A DNA stretch of 48,565 nucleotides from NCBI GenBank assembly GCA_030611415.1, contig JAUWPW010000004.1, positions 1 to 48,565 of the forward strand, in the 5' to 3' direction. The position numbers and the translations under genes were made by a program. Under the pieces are notes generated by a model. That model did no database searches and was not told the origin of the DNA. It was given only the letters and a program-made list of their open reading frames with translations. Positions 30,157-41,208 of this stretch are shown piece by piece. Positions within the stretch are counted from its first letter, which is position 1. Each line of letters starts with the position of its first letter. This DNA comes from Candidatus Bipolaricaulota bacterium. GTDB lineage: Bacteria > Bipolaricaulota > Bipolaricaulia > UBA7950 > UBA9294.

Positions 30157-31188
30157 ATGTTCTTTGATGCTCATTGCGACACTGTGTTGAAAGTTATCAG
30201 TGGGAATCTAGACTTTAATACAGGGGAGGGCAAGGCTCATGTTACCCTCCCCGGGATGCTTTCAGCAGGAAGCTGCGCGCAGGTGTTTGCCTGTTTTGTG
30301 TTGAGTGACGAGCACCCAGGCAGAGAGCGGGAAGTGGCCCTGGGTATGATCCAGACGATTGTCCGGATGGCCACAAGAAGTGAGGGTAAGATGAAGATTG
30401 CTCTCAGCGCTTCGGAGCTTCATAGTGCGTGCGATGGCGGTCCGATTGCCGCCCTCATCGGACTAGAGGGCGCAGATCCGCTAGAAGGAAGAGCTGAGAA
30501 CCTGCACTATTTCTACGAGCTTGGCGTGCGTGATCTGATTCTTGCATGGAAGGATAACCCCTTTACAGGAACTACATTCGGTAGGAACACACCACTTACC
30601 GAGGAAGGGAAGAAGCTGGTTGCGATTGCTGAAGAGCTTAAAGTGATGATTGATGTATCCCATCTTTCAGATGTTGCGTTTGATGACATATGCAATACTG
30701 CAAAGCGTCCGTTCATTGCCAGCCACTCCAATTGTCGGGCATTATGTCCAGACAGACGCAACCTGACCGATTTAATGGTCCACAGGCTTGCGGAGCGTGG
30801 CGGAGTGATGGGGATCAACCTTTCTTCCGACTTTCTCGATCCTGTTTTCCGTGAGAAGTTGAAGTCCTACAGGCGTAAGGTTCTAGCGGACAAGAGGACT
30901 CCTGAGGAGCTTGATCGATTTCGCGCAAATGTCGCTACCTGGCCATGCCCATCGATCGAGTGGGTGACAAGACACATTCTCCACGCGATCAATGTTGGCG
31001 GTGAAGATTGCATCGGTCTCGGTGGGGATCTTGATGGGGTTACCAGTATTCCAAAGGGGCTTGAAGGAATTGCTGACTACAGCAAGCTGCCCGATCTTTT
31101 CCTCTCGGCTGGTCTCAGCACCGGGCAGGTGGAGAAGATTTGTTACCAGAACTTCAAGCGTGTGTTTTGTGAGGTGTTACCCAGCTGA
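30157..31188 (+). CDS. Membrane dipeptidase (peptidase M19)
   Basis: FDAHCDT, GLEGA, IDVSHLS, ASHSN, RNLTD, GGDLDG. Confidence 0.9.
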   Translation: MFFDAHCDTVLKVISGNLDFNTGEGKAHVTLPGMLSAGSCAQVFACFVLSDEHPGREREVALGMIQTIVRMATRSEGKMKIALSASELHSACDGGPIAALIGLEGADPLEGRAENLHYFYELGVRDLILAWKDNPFTGTTFGRNTPLTEEGKKLVAIAEELKVMIDVSHLSDVAFDDICNTAKRPFIASHSNCRALCPDRRNLTDLMVHRLAERGGVMGINLSSDFLDPVFREKLKSYRRKVLADKRTPEELDRFRANVATWPCPSIEWVTRHILHAINVGGEDCIGLGGDLDGVTSIPKGLEGIADYSKLPDLFLSAGLSTGQVEKICYQNFKRVFCEVLPS

Positions 31189-31277
31189 ACCGGAGACATT
31201 GCCGCTAGTCTATATTTCATCAATGGCACTGCTGTACTTATTTCCTTAGTTCGACAGGGCTTGTCTGCGACGTTAAG

Positions 31278-33089
31278 CTAATCCACAGTGAGTGTCTTGC
31301 TTAGATTGCGGGGAAAATCAGGGTCGATCCCTCGCGAGGTGCTCATATAGTAGCTTATGAGTTGAAGTGGCAGGACAGCAAGAAGTGGGATCAGTTCTTG
31401 CCTTGTATCGACAAGTAGCAGATATTCGTCTACGTTATCCCGCAGTAGCTTGCTTGGAGCAGCGACTACGATTGAGTGTCCACCACGGCAGGCGACCTCA
31501 TTAACGTGGTTTACCATCATGGCTGTGTCTTGTGGGGCAGTAACAAAGAGGACCGGATAGTTGGCATGTACGGCTGATAGCGAGCCGTGCTTAAACTCAG
31601 AACTGAGCATCCCCTCACAATGCGCGTAGGTTATTTCCTTCAGTTTGAGCGCTCCTTCCATTGCTATGCCAAGTGTCACTCCATAACCCAGGTAGTACAT
31701 TTCATCATGAGGGTTGAGGAGGTCGGCCGTGTGGCGTGCAGCGGAGTCAGTCGCAGTAAGGGTTTCTGCGATAAGATCAGGAACGCAGCCCCAATCAATG
31801 TGCGATCCATGGCGTCGCAGTTTGTCAGCCAAATAGAGGAACAAAATCGCCTCGTTCAGAAAGGTTTTCGTTGCGGGAACGCTAATCTCATAGCCGCAAG
31901 CGAGCGGAAGGTAGTGGTTGGATGCATGCATTAATGTAGAGCCAAGGACATTCAGTATGCCCAAAATCTGTGCCCCTGATAAACGGGCTGCGTTAAGTGC
32001 ATTTAGCACATCTTTTGTCTCTCCGCTCTGGCTCACAAAGACTACCGCGTCAGTTGGTTTGAGGGTGTGCATTAGGGTCTCCGTAAACTGGGGCGCAAGC
32101 ACGGCGATTGCTGGAATGGTGGCTAGCTGGTTGAAATACGCTGCCCCGACTACACATGCATGGTAGCTTGTTCCACAACCAACAAAGTAAAGATGGTGCG
32201 CGTTACTCAGGGCTTTCACGAATGGGGCAACGTGGGGGGATGCCTCGAGCCAGTGGATCAACTCCGCTGCTGTGTACGGCTGTTCGTGAATCTCCTTCTC
32301 CATGAAGTGAACATAACCGCCTTTCTGGGCTACTTCCATCCCTTTTGTGAATCTCTCCGGGATTCGGTGGACCAGTTCTCCGGTGGATACCTGGCGGATC
32401 TCTACTCGGTCAGGCCATAGGGTGACCATCTCTCCATCCTGTAGTCGTAAGATCTTGTCCGTTAGAGGCAGGATAGAAGGAAGATCGGAAGAAACGCAAG
32501 TGGCTTGGTGGGCAATTCCCACAACAAGGCCAGAGCCATTCTTGATTGCGTACAGAGGACGGTGCCCACTCGTATTTTCTTCATTCCTTGAAGCAATTAC
32601 AAATGCATAGTCTCCTTCTAAGTCTTCCGCCGCTTTCCGAATTGCTTCGATCATGTTATAGCCTTGATTGATGTAGCGTTCTACGGCATGCACACAACTT
32701 TCTCCATCATTGGTTCCACGAACCACCATGCCTTCCGCGATGAACTCCTCACGCAAGGAAACGTTATTGACTATGTTTCCGTTGTGAGCGCCAACTAAGT
32801 TGGCTTTCGAGTCAAGGTGAGGTTGGGCGTTTACTTGTGAGGGAGAGCCAAAAGTAGCCCAGCGCAACTGCACGATACCTCGCTGCCCTTTCATTGTGTC
32901 AAATCTCAATCGTTTGTTCACTTCATCAATCTTGCCAGCATCTTTCCTTAGGTCAATTTGGCCTTCTCTATCGATGGTTGCACAGCCGATGGAATCATAG
33001 CCTCGATAGGCAAGCCGCCGACCCGCGTCAAGCAAGATATTCCCCAATGGTTGTTCGTTACTAGTAACAATTCCAAAGATTCCGCACAT
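31278..33089 (-). CDS. glmS: Glutamine--fructose-6-phosphate transaminase, atypical variant
   Basis: MCGIFG, YRGYDS, HNGNI, GCGTS, SQSGET, EGALKLKEI, EFKHG, PRNLSKTLTVD. Confidence 0.85.
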   Translation of the reverse strand: MCGIFGIVTSNEQPLGNILLDAGRRLAYRGYDSIGCATIDREGQIDLRKDAGKIDEVNKRLRFDTMKGQRGIVQLRWATFGSPSQVNAQPHLDSKANLVGAHNGNIVNNVSLREEFIAEGMVVRGTNDGESCVHAVERYINQGYNMIEAIRKAAEDLEGDYAFVIASRNEENTSGHRPLYAIKNGSGLVVGIAHQATCVSSDLPSILPLTDKILRLQDGEMVTLWPDRVEIRQVSTGELVHRIPERFTKGMEVAQKGGYVHFMEKEIHEQPYTAAELIHWLEASPHVAPFVKALSNAHHLYFVGCGTSYHACVVGAAYFNQLATIPAIAVLAPQFTETLMHTLKPTDAVVFVSQSGETKDVLNALNAARLSGAQILGILNVLGSTLMHASNHYLPLACGYEISVPATKTFLNEAILFLYLADKLRRHGSHIDWGCVPDLIAETLTATDSAARHTADLLNPHDEMYYLGYGVTLGIAMEGALKLKEITYAHCEGMLSSEFKHGSLSAVHANYPVLFVTAPQDTAMMVNHVNEVACRGGHSIVVAAPSKLLRDNVDEYLLLVDTRQELIPLLAVLPLQLISYYMSTSRGIDPDFPRNLSKTLTVD

Positions 33090-33137
33090 AGATTGGTCCC
33101 CCTTTTCTTGTGTGAATAGTCCTATTCACACACACAA

Positions 33138-34439
33138 TTATGATCTCCGCGAATACAGGGCATACAATTGGTCCAGTGCTTTGTGGTAACGGGAGTCGAG
33201 CGCATCTACGTCAGTGAGCTCTGGTTCATTGCTCATTGTGACGTAGGGAATTGTTATTCCGTTCACTGTGAGCATTCCGCACGGAGCCTGGGCAATATCA
33301 GGCCAATCATCCTCTCTGTATGTGCGTTTCATTTCTTCGCAGGGGACGGAATGAGTGAGGATTCCGCCGGATTTCTTCTCATTGTAGCGAGCAATGTTTC
33401 TGCGCCAGGATTCATTGAATGATACCTGTACATAAAGGATGGCTGCACGAGAAAGAACTTCTGGCGAAAGGTAACCCAAGGCCTCAGAGTAGCCGTGCGC
33501 TTTGCCACGAGAGAGCTCGATGATAATGGTTTCATTAGATGACGTAGTTCTGCTGAGTAGTGGTCTTGCCTGCTGGTTGATCTTGCCGATCAGAAATGAC
33601 CACAGGCCATCGTCTGTAACATAGTAATTTCCCTTTATTGGCTGAGAGTAAAGTCGCTTTCGTCCGAGGTCTTCCCATAGATTGTCCTCTTCGCACTTTT
33701 CCCACAGAATAGGGAAATCATCGATGACGCGAAATGGAGAGATATGATAGCGTTTAGCTCGGCGTTCAACTGAGCATTTGTTCATAAAGTCGATGAACTC
33801 GCTCTTTCCACTGGCAGGACGACCCAGGAGAAGAAGAGTGCCAAATGTGTTCTTTGTAGTTGGGCCCTTTCTTGTATACCGGAGCGGAAGGATTGCTTCT
33901 ACTTGGGCAAGGAGGGTTGATGGTGAAGAATCCGCATTTACTATGCGTAGATTGCTGCCCTGAGCGATGTGCCATTCTTGCAGGTGTACAAGCATTTGCT
34001 TGAGCGTGGGTCTGTCCACCTCGAATTGCGGTGTTTTGCGTGCTTTCTGCCGCCGTATAGAGACATCTATTGGAATTGCCAACCGTAGGTATAAGTTTGG
34101 TCGGGACAGGGATAGCTCAACTTTACCGTAGGCATTGATGAATGACCTATCGTTAAGCGCCTTTGAATAGGCGAGGTGAACGCCCATATGCGACTCTTCC
34201 AGGCACATTTTGCCTTGTTGCGCGACGCTTTCCAGTTGTGCGCGGCGATAAGGAAGCTCGGCAATGATTGCCTCGGTGAGTCTCTCTCGTTCAGATAAGA
34301 TGTCGATTTTCTCTTTAGCCGCTACCTGTTTGACGAGTTCGGGAAAAACCTCGATTTGTTCCGGGTAGAAACGGGCAAGCATTTGTATTGTCTCGGTTTT
34401 TCCCGCTGTCGGTAGACCTTCTAAAATGATGTGTGGCAT
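33138..34439 (-). CDS. Tandem P-loop NTPase protein: dNMP/deoxynucleoside kinase-like domain fused to a second P-loop domain
   Basis: Two Walker A motifs, ILEGLPTAGKT and LLLGRPASGKS. Confidence 0.7.
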   Translation of the reverse strand: MPHIILEGLPTAGKTETIQMLARFYPEQIEVFPELVKQVAAKEKIDILSERERLTEAIIAELPYRRAQLESVAQQGKMCLEESHMGVHLAYSKALNDRSFINAYGKVELSLSRPNLYLRLAIPIDVSIRRQKARKTPQFEVDRPTLKQMLVHLQEWHIAQGSNLRIVNADSSPSTLLAQVEAILPLRYTRKGPTTKNTFGTLLLLGRPASGKSEFIDFMNKCSVERRAKRYHISPFRVIDDFPILWEKCEEDNLWEDLGRKRLYSQPIKGNYYVTDDGLWSFLIGKINQQARPLLSRTTSSNETIIIELSRGKAHGYSEALGYLSPEVLSRAAILYVQVSFNESWRRNIARYNEKKSGGILTHSVPCEEMKRTYREDDWPDIAQAPCGMLTVNGITIPYVTMSNEPELTDVDALDSRYHKALDQLYALYSRRS

Positions 34440-34627
34440 TCCTTCTCCTTACCGAGTAATTTTAGCTAACTAGGGCAGGAAAAGCACTTCTGATATACCA
34501 GATGCGCGTGACGACGGTTTGCATGAAGTGAATTCTCTGTTACACTAGTGTCTTGGTGTTGCATTCCGTTAAAGGTTCTGTTGCTGTGTGGATTGTGGCT
34601 AAAGATTCAAGAAAGGAGCTCTTAGAA

Positions 34628-36874
34628 TTGACAAGACTTGTGATTGTTGAATCCCCAACCAAGGCACGTACGATAGGTAAGTACCTTGGAAGTCCATATG
34701 TGGTGCTTTCTTCTCAGGGTCATGTGCGTGACTTACCAAAAAAGGAGTTGGGGGTGGATGTAGAAAACGAATTTACTCCCAAATTTGAGACCAAACGTAC
34801 GAAGCAAGTTACAAAGCTGCGACAAGCAGCCAAGAAGGCTAGACAGATCTACCTTGCGACTGATAACGACCGAGAGGGAGAGGCGATTGCCTATGATCTA
34901 TATACTATTCTGAAACGGGTAGTGAAGGACGATGATGCGTTTCTACGACCGGTTTTCAACGAGATTACAAAGCCGGTAATCCTTAAGGCGTTATCTAAGC
35001 CGTCGAGAATCAATGTCAATAAAGTTGAGGCACAGCGGACACGTCGCATCCTCGATCGGTTGGTTGGGTATCAAGTGAGCCCTCTTCTTTCGCGGGCAAT
35101 TGCAGGAAGCCAATTTGGAGGGCTTTCTGCTGGGCGAGTGCAGTCGGTTGCGCTTCGTTTCTTGTGCGACCGGGAAGCAGAGATTGCTTTATTTGTCCGT
35201 GAGGAGTACTGGGAAATCTACGTATGTCTAAGGGGGGAAGAAGCATTTACCGCGTCTCTGACCAAGAAGAACGGTAAGAAATTCGTTGCAAGTAGTGAGA
35301 CAGAGGCAAATAAGACCCTGAAAGAACTACAGGGCGAAGAAGCTGTTGTCAAAAGCATTGTGCAAGACACCCGGCTTCGACAACCTCCTCCTCCGTTTAT
35401 TACTAGCTCCCTGCAGCGAGCCGCTTCGTCATCTCTTGGTTTTGCGCCTAAACGTACAATGAGCATTGCTCAGCAATTGTATGAAGGAGTTAGGCTTCCT
35501 CAGGGAGATGTGGGACTAATCACCTATATGCGCACTGACTCGGTTCGCATGTCGGGCAGCGCGGTGAAGGAAGCGCGCCAGTTGATTGCCGAGCGATACG
35601 GGAAAGACTACTTATCGGCCAAGACTCGTCACTACAGGAACAAGAAACGTTCTCAAGATGCTCACGAGGCAATCCGTCCTACTACGGTGAGCTTAGGGCC
35701 GGAGAAAATTGCTTCCTGGCTTTCACCGGACCAGCGCAAATTATATGCGCTGATCTACAAGCGCTTTCTCTCCACTCAGATGTCAGAAGCCCTTTACAAG
35801 CAAGGCAAGGTTACTATAACGGCTGGTCGCTACACTTTGGAGGCGACCGGCAGCACACTTGTATTTGATGGGTTTCTTACCCTTTATCCGCGAGAGAAAA
35901 ACAGCGATGGCAAGATCCCAAATTGGTTGAGGGAGGGGCAAATCCTTGCGATAGAACGAGTGGATTTACAACAGAAATTCACTGAGCCACCGCGTCGTTA
36001 CAGTGAGGCTGGGCTGATCAGCATATTGGAGAAGAAGGGAATAGGTCGACCAAGCACTTATGCTACAATAGTATCGGTTATTCAGACACGTGACTATGTT
36101 CGCAAGAAGAATGGAAGCCTGTACCCAACCCTTCTTGGAGAGGAAGTCACTGAATTTCTGAAGCAGTACTTTCCCGAAACGGTGGAGGCTCACTTCACTG
36201 CACAGATGGAAAAAGATCTCGATCGTATTGAAGAGGGACAATTCTCACGAGCTGATGCGTTACAGGAATTCTATGATCCTTTCTCAAAGCGGCTGACAAG
36301 ACTTGAATCCCGCATCAAAGAGGGTAAGCCGTTCCGGGTAATGACCGATGTCGTTTGCGACAAGTGCAAGTCACCGATGGAGCTTCGGTATTGGAAGGGT
36401 TCACACTTTGTCGGTTGCTCGAACTACCCCGAGTGCCGAAATACGCGCAGTCTTCCGGCAGAGCTTCCTTATCGCCATAAGGATGGAGTATTGATCATCG
36501 CTGAGTCTCTGGAAAAAGTGGAGAAGGAAATGGAGACTAAAGCGACCTGTCCAGTTTGTGGAGAACCAATGACGACGAAAAGTGGTCGATATGGCCGCTA
36601 CCTAAGGTGTACCAATCCTGAGTGCAATAAAACAACTTCCATTCCTACCGGTGTTTCCTGTCCATCATGTGAGAAAGGGATGCTGGTTGAGCGATACTCG
36701 CAGAAACGCAGACAAACGTTCTATGGCTGCGACAACTATCCTAGCTGTCGGTATGCAATGTCTGAGCGACCGGTGAAGGCGTGCCCCACATGTGGGCATG
36801 GTGTGCTTGTAGAGAAGAAAGGTAAGCTTGTTTGTAATAACAAAAACTGCTCGTACAGCAAAGAGATTAAATAG
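34628..36874 (+). CDS. topA: DNA topoisomerase I with C-terminal zinc ribbons
   Basis: IVESPTKA, ATDNDREGE, SAGRVQS, ITYMRTD, AHEAIRPT, GIGRPSTY; TTG 34628 after AAGGAG. Confidence 0.97.
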   Translation: MTRLVIVESPTKARTIGKYLGSPYVVLSSQGHVRDLPKKELGVDVENEFTPKFETKRTKQVTKLRQAAKKARQIYLATDNDREGEAIAYDLYTILKRVVKDDDAFLRPVFNEITKPVILKALSKPSRINVNKVEAQRTRRILDRLVGYQVSPLLSRAIAGSQFGGLSAGRVQSVALRFLCDREAEIALFVREEYWEIYVCLRGEEAFTASLTKKNGKKFVASSETEANKTLKELQGEEAVVKSIVQDTRLRQPPPPFITSSLQRAASSSLGFAPKRTMSIAQQLYEGVRLPQGDVGLITYMRTDSVRMSGSAVKEARQLIAERYGKDYLSAKTRHYRNKKRSQDAHEAIRPTTVSLGPEKIASWLSPDQRKLYALIYKRFLSTQMSEALYKQGKVTITAGRYTLEATGSTLVFDGFLTLYPREKNSDGKIPNWLREGQILAIERVDLQQKFTEPPRRYSEAGLISILEKKGIGRPSTYATIVSVIQTRDYVRKKNGSLYPTLLGEEVTEFLKQYFPETVEAHFTAQMEKDLDRIEEGQFSRADALQEFYDPFSKRLTRLESRIKEGKPFRVMTDVVCDKCKSPMELRYWKGSHFVGCSNYPECRNTRSLPAELPYRHKDGVLIIAESLEKVEKEMETKATCPVCGEPMTTKSGRYGRYLRCTNPECNKTTSIPTGVSCPSCEKGMLVERYSQKRRQTFYGCDNYPSCRYAMSERPVKACPTCGHGVLVEKKGKLVCNNKNCSYSKEIK

Positions 36875-36937
36875 TGAAAAGGCAAGACAAATCTCGTTTT
36901 GCTGAATACTTAGAGATGGCTGCTCTAAACAACGTGC

Positions 36938-37879
36938 TCAAACGTCTTCAGATAGGAGCTTGAACCATTCGAGTCGTTGTTTAAGGTTGGAATCCTGCAG
37001 TTTGGCCAGAGCCTCTTTTTGTATCTGGCGTACACGCTCTCTGCTAATCGCAAATTCGGCACCTACTTCATCGAGCGTTCGAGGCTGATAATCGTGAAGG
37101 CCGTAGCGTAGCTCGATAATTCTTCTCTCTCGGTTAGTCAGCCGCTCGCCCAGAGCAGATTGCAGTTCCCGCATAAGGAGGTGTTGAAACGTCTCTTTTT
37201 CCGGAGAGGTTGCAGTGTTGTCTTCTATGAAGTCTCCAAGGACCGAGCCATCATCATCGTAACCGATTGGCATATCCAGTGAATTCATGTTTTGCGACGT
37301 TTTCTTTGCTTTTATGACGTTTTCCACGCTAGTGTCCAATTCGTTGGCCAGATCCTCTGGCGTGGGTGGCTCTCCGTGCTTCTTAAGATGATTGCGTTCT
37401 AGTTGGTAGATCTTGCGGATCAGTTCATTGATGTGTGTTGGAACACGGATCATTCGCGATCGGTTCGTGATCGCCCGCAAGATCGCTTGGCGAATCCACC
37501 AAGTGGCGTACGTTGAGAACTTGTAGCCCCTTTTGTAATCAAATTTCTCTATTGCCTTCATCAATCCTAAATTGCCTTCTTGGATTAGGTCGAGAAATGG
37601 CAGGCCACAGCCTCGGTATTTTTTGGCGATGGATACGACCAATCGCAGGTTTGCTTCAGCGAGCTCTTCCTTCGCTTGTCTATTACCCATCTCAATGCGC
37701 TTGGCGATGCGTACCTCGTCTTCGCGGCTAAGGAGTGGCACACGGCTAATCTCGTCAAAATACGTGCGAATGGGGTTGTCTGACCGTTTCCGCGGTTTTT
37801 CTTCCCCGCGTTTGTTCCTGGCAGGTGCAGCACCGCTTACGTTCTTTCTCAGGTTTACGGTCGCACTAGTTGTTTTCAC
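36938..37879 (-). CDS. RpoD/SigA-family sigma-70 factor lacking region 1.1
   Basis: [46 protein letters not shown]; GTG start after AGGAGG. Confidence 0.92.
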   Translation of the reverse strand: MKTTSATVNLRKNVSGAAPARNKRGEEKPRKRSDNPIRTYFDEISRVPLLSREDEVRIAKRIEMGNRQAKEELAEANLRLVVSIAKKYRGCGLPFLDLIQEGNLGLMKAIEKFDYKRGYKFSTYATWWIRQAILRAITNRSRMIRVPTHINELIRKIYQLERNHLKKHGEPPTPEDLANELDTSVENVIKAKKTSQNMNSLDMPIGYDDDGSVLGDFIEDNTATSPEKETFQHLLMRELQSALGERLTNRERRIIELRYGLHDYQPRTLDEVGAEFAISRERVRQIQKEALAKLQDSNLKQRLEWFKLLSEDV

Positions 37880-38017
37880 TCTTCCTCCTGAATACTGTGG
37901 GTAAGAGAGAGATCTCAACAAACAACGAGAATCGGGTGGGTAACACCCCCCCCGATCTGTGACGAATTCCATTCTCTCAGAACACTTCTCACGTAGTATC
38001 CCACAACAAAACACTTT

Positions 38018-38046
38018 ATTATAACACAAATCACCTGGCTTGTGAA
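38018..38046 (-). promoter_or_regulatory. Putative promoter of the sigma factor gene
   Basis: Minus strand TTCACA-17bp-TATAAT with extended TG. Confidence 0.6.
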
Positions 38047-38182
38047 GCCAAGGAAAGGAGCGTTTGGAAGAATTCTCCAGGGACTACATATACTCTAAGA
38101 AGCACAGTGTTTTCCTTTACAACAATAGAGATAGTGCAGTACTATGAACGCATGTATTAGCTTGCCACACAGGGAGGAAAAA

Positions 38183-39505
38183 ATGATAAAGCGGATCGTA
38201 TTGGCCGAAGTAATTCTTCTTCTTGGGTTAGTTCTAGTTTCAACTGCTTTGTTTGCGGGGGAAAGCTTGACTATTTATACCGAAGGAATTGCCTGTGTTG
38301 AAGAGTCTCGCACAGTTCTACTAGTAGGCGGAGATGCTGAAAAGCTGCGACTGGATAACGTGCCAAGTCGGCTTATTCCTTCTTCGCTTCAGGTTGATCT
38401 TGATGGTGAGATCCTGGCTCAGGCCTTTTACTACACGCCACCGGAGCGAATATTGACCGCACAGATTGGTGAGCAGATACAGCTAGAAAGTGAAGGGAAA
38501 CTCTACCATGGCACGCTGCTCGCAGTTGGCGAATGGCTCGCGCTAAGAGATGAAAATGAAAGGATTCATCTAATCAAGAATCCAGAACGAATTGAGATTC
38601 AGAGTGGGAATGAGCTTGCCCTTAGCCCTTATGTCGAGCTGACGCTAAGCTGTCAGCAAGGCGGCGTTAAGTTGATCGAGCTGCTTTACTTGACAGAGGG
38701 AATCAGCTGGAAGGCGAGTTACATCGGAGTTCTTAGCCAAGACGAGACAAGTCTTGCCTTGGATGCGTGGATTTCTGTGAGCAATGGCTGTGGCCGGGAT
38801 TTTACCGATGCGACAGTGAAGCTTGTTGCTGGAGAGGTAAACAGAGAGCCACAGAGTACAGGATACGGACGTAGTGCCATGGCCTTGGAAGCAGTGCAGA
38901 AGACATCGCTCACCGGAGAAACAGCATTTGAGTATCATGTTTATAAGGTTCCTGGTAAGCTTAGCGTTGCCAACGGAAGATCGAAACTCGTTCCGTATAC
39001 AGCTTCGGCATCGGTCGGTGTGAACAAGACGTATACCTATGATGGCGCCTACTACGATGGCGTAAAAGTGGCTTTGGAATTTGTAAACAGTTTGGCAAAC
39101 GGCCTTGGCAACGCTCTTCCTGGAGGTGTGGCTCGTATCTTCCAGCAGCAATCTGATGGCACAACCTTGTTTATCGGCGAAAGCAGGATTATGGATACAC
39201 CGGTAGACGAGCAAATCAGTCTGGAAGTAGGAAGCGCGTTCGATCTTGTAGGTGAAAGGATTCAGGTATCGAGAGAACAGGTTGCTTCGTCCACATACCG
39301 GGGAAGCTATCTGATCACCCTAGCCAATCACAAGGAAGAAGCAGTATTGATCAGCGTCGTTGAGCACCCTGGAGGTTCGTCCTGGGAGATCCTTTCATCA
39401 TCCGAAGGGTATGAGAAGGTGGATTCCGATACAATTTGCTTTTCAATGAATGTCCCTGCCGGAGAGAAGAAGGAGGTTAGCTACACCGTTGAATATCGCT
39501 ACTGA
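38183..39505 (+). CDS. Exported DUF4139/DUF4140-like protein
   Basis: Signal peptide, LTIYTEG.A.VEE.R, YLTEGISWKASY, LVAGEVNR, LPGG..RIF, FIGE; ATG 38183 after GGAGG. Confidence 0.8.
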   Translation: MIKRIVLAEVILLLGLVLVSTALFAGESLTIYTEGIACVEESRTVLLVGGDAEKLRLDNVPSRLIPSSLQVDLDGEILAQAFYYTPPERILTAQIGEQIQLESEGKLYHGTLLAVGEWLALRDENERIHLIKNPERIEIQSGNELALSPYVELTLSCQQGGVKLIELLYLTEGISWKASYIGVLSQDETSLALDAWISVSNGCGRDFTDATVKLVAGEVNREPQSTGYGRSAMALEAVQKTSLTGETAFEYHVYKVPGKLSVANGRSKLVPYTASASVGVNKTYTYDGAYYDGVKVALEFVNSLANGLGNALPGGVARIFQQQSDGTTLFIGESRIMDTPVDEQISLEVGSAFDLVGERIQVSREQVASSTYRGSYLITLANHKEEAVLISVVEHPGGSSWEILSSSEGYEKVDSDTICFSMNVPAGEKKEVSYTVEYRY

Positions 39506-39524
39506 ACAACTCAATGGAGAGGAG

Positions 39525-39752
39525 ATGTTACAACGTTACAAGGAAGCGGTAGAAAAAGCACTTCCTCATTTACCGGTGAAAAACGGTGTGGTTGACATCG
39601 ATTCACTCTGGGTAGAGCTCTCCATTCCATACAGTCTCTTACGGGAGATTATCTCACGGAACGATCTTTCTCTTCCCGATAATGTGAAGAGGATTAGCAT
39701 GAAGTCGCGTTTAGGAGAGGAGAGTGCAAAGACAGCAAGGCAAAAGAGATGA
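39525..39752 (+). CDS. Small hypothetical protein (75 aa)
   Basis: ATG after GGAGAGGAG, fills the gap between co-oriented genes. Confidence 0.65.
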   Translation: MLQRYKEAVEKALPHLPVKNGVVDIDSLWVELSIPYSLLREIISRNDLSLPDNVKRISMKSRLGEESAKTARQKR

Positions 39753-41208
39753 GCCAGTAATAAGATTCGGAACTGATGGTTGGCGTGCCATTATCGCGCA
39801 AGATTTTACATTTGACAATGTTGCGCGCGTTGCTCAAGCGGTAGCGAAATTCCTTGTATCACCAGCCCGTAAGGAACTTGCTATCTATCGCGATTGGGGT
39901 GCGGAATATCGTCCGGCAACAAGTGGCGTAGTTGTTGGTTACGATATGCGATTTCTATCCTATGAATTTGCCCACTACTTCGCCCGGGTTTTGCACAAGA
40001 ATGGAATTCCGGTGGTCGTAAGTGAGTCTCCGGTGCCTACTCCGGCCCTTTCATATGCAGTGGTTGATGGCTCCTATGCGGCAGGGATCATGTTCACCGC
40101 CAGTCACAACCCAGCGATCTATAACGGGATCAAGTATAAGGCAGAATATGGAGGTTCCGCTCCTGATGAGGTTACCTGTGAGGTGGAGAGACTTCTTCCG
40201 ATTAAGGCTCCTCATCTACGCTCATCAGAAGGAGAAATAGAGGAAATAGGGTTGAAACAGCCACTGCTTGCCAAGATTCGTACCCTGATCGACCAAGATC
40301 GGCTTACTGCTCACCCGCTGCGGGTAGTAGTGGATTCTATGTATGGGGCAGGGCAAGGTTATGTGGGACAACTTCTTTCCGAATATGGTGTGCCGTGCAT
40401 AGATATTCGCGCGCGACGGAACGTGCTATTTGCTGGCAAGAAGCCTGAGCCACTTGAGAAGAACCTCATTCCATTGAGAGCGGTGATTGCCTCCATGCGC
40501 AAGCGAGGAATGCCTCTTATCGGGGTAGCTACGGATGGAGATGGTGACCGAATCTCGGCGATGGATGAGAAGGGTGGGTTTATTGATGCTCATCGCACCT
40601 TTGCCCTTATTCTTCGTTATCTGGTGGAAGAACGAGGCTGGCGAGGTGCGGTTGTGAAGTCGTTCGCGCTCACCGACATGACACAGGATATGTGTAGAGA
40701 GTACAATTTGGAACTGATCGAGGTTCCCATCGGATTCAAATATGCCTGTGAACAGATACTGAAGCATAATGTTCTGATCGCTGCTGAGGAGAGTGGCAGC
40801 ATTGCGGTACAAGGGCACATTCCCGAGCGAGACGGCATTTTGTGTTCGATGCTTCTGGCAGAGCTTGCAGCGAGTAGTGGGCGGCCGATAAGCGAGGTTG
40901 TAGAAGACATGTTCACTGTTTTTGGTCCGCACGTTTATCGTCGCTATGATGTTGAGGTTGAAGAGCGAAAGCAAGTAGTGGCCAAATTGCGGGAGAACCC
41001 ACCGGAAAGGTTTGCAGGACGTAGTGTTCGTTCGGTTGACACCCTTGATGGTGTCAAGTTGAGATTCAAGAAAGGTTGGCTCTTGTTTCGGGCGTCAGGA
41101 ACCGAGCCAGTCCTGCGTCTTTACTGCGAAATGCCAACAGAGAGAGACGTGTACGAGCTACTGCAACAAGCAGAGCGATTAGCGCTGGGAGAGTTGACTT
41201 TATGGTGA
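39724..41208 (+). CDS. Phosphoglucomutase/phosphomannomutase family protein
   Basis: FGTDGWR, TASHNP, TDGDGDR, EESG, RASGTEP. Confidence 0.93.
   Translation: MQRQQGKRDEPVIRFGTDGWRAIIAQDFTFDNVARVAQAVAKFLVSPARKELAIYRDWGAEYRPATSGVVVGYDMRFLSYEFAHYFARVLHKNGIPVVVSESPVPTPALSYAVVDGSYAAGIMFTASHNPAIYNGIKYKAEYGGSAPDEVTCEVERLLPIKAPHLRSSEGEIEEIGLKQPLLAKIRTLIDQDRLTAHPLRVVVDSMYGAGQGYVGQLLSEYGVPCIDIRARRNVLFAGKKPEPLEKNLIPLRAVIASMRKRGMPLIGVATDGDGDRISAMDEKGGFIDAHRTFALILRYLVEERGWRGAVVKSFALTDMTQDMCREYNLELIEVPIGFKYACEQILKHNVLIAAEESGSIAVQGHIPERDGILCSMLLAELAASSGRPISEVVEDMFTVFGPHVYRRYDVEVEERKQVVAKLRENPPERFAGRSVRSVDTLDGVKLRFKKGWLLFRASGTEPVLRLYCEMPTERDVYELLQQAERLALGELTLW

Noticed and set aside
33090-33137. glmS ribozyme upstream of glmS
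   Set aside because: The intergenic gap is only 48 bp, too short for it
38645-39214. 189-aa minus-strand ORF
   Set aside because: Antisense to the DUF4139-like gene and has no recognisable motif
15961-41201. Longest-ORF starts for rpsS, rplO, rpsK, rpoA, tdh, topA, sigma, DUF4139 and leuS
   Set aside because: Downstream starts have RBSs and match family N-termini; the extensions overlap neighbours or promoters
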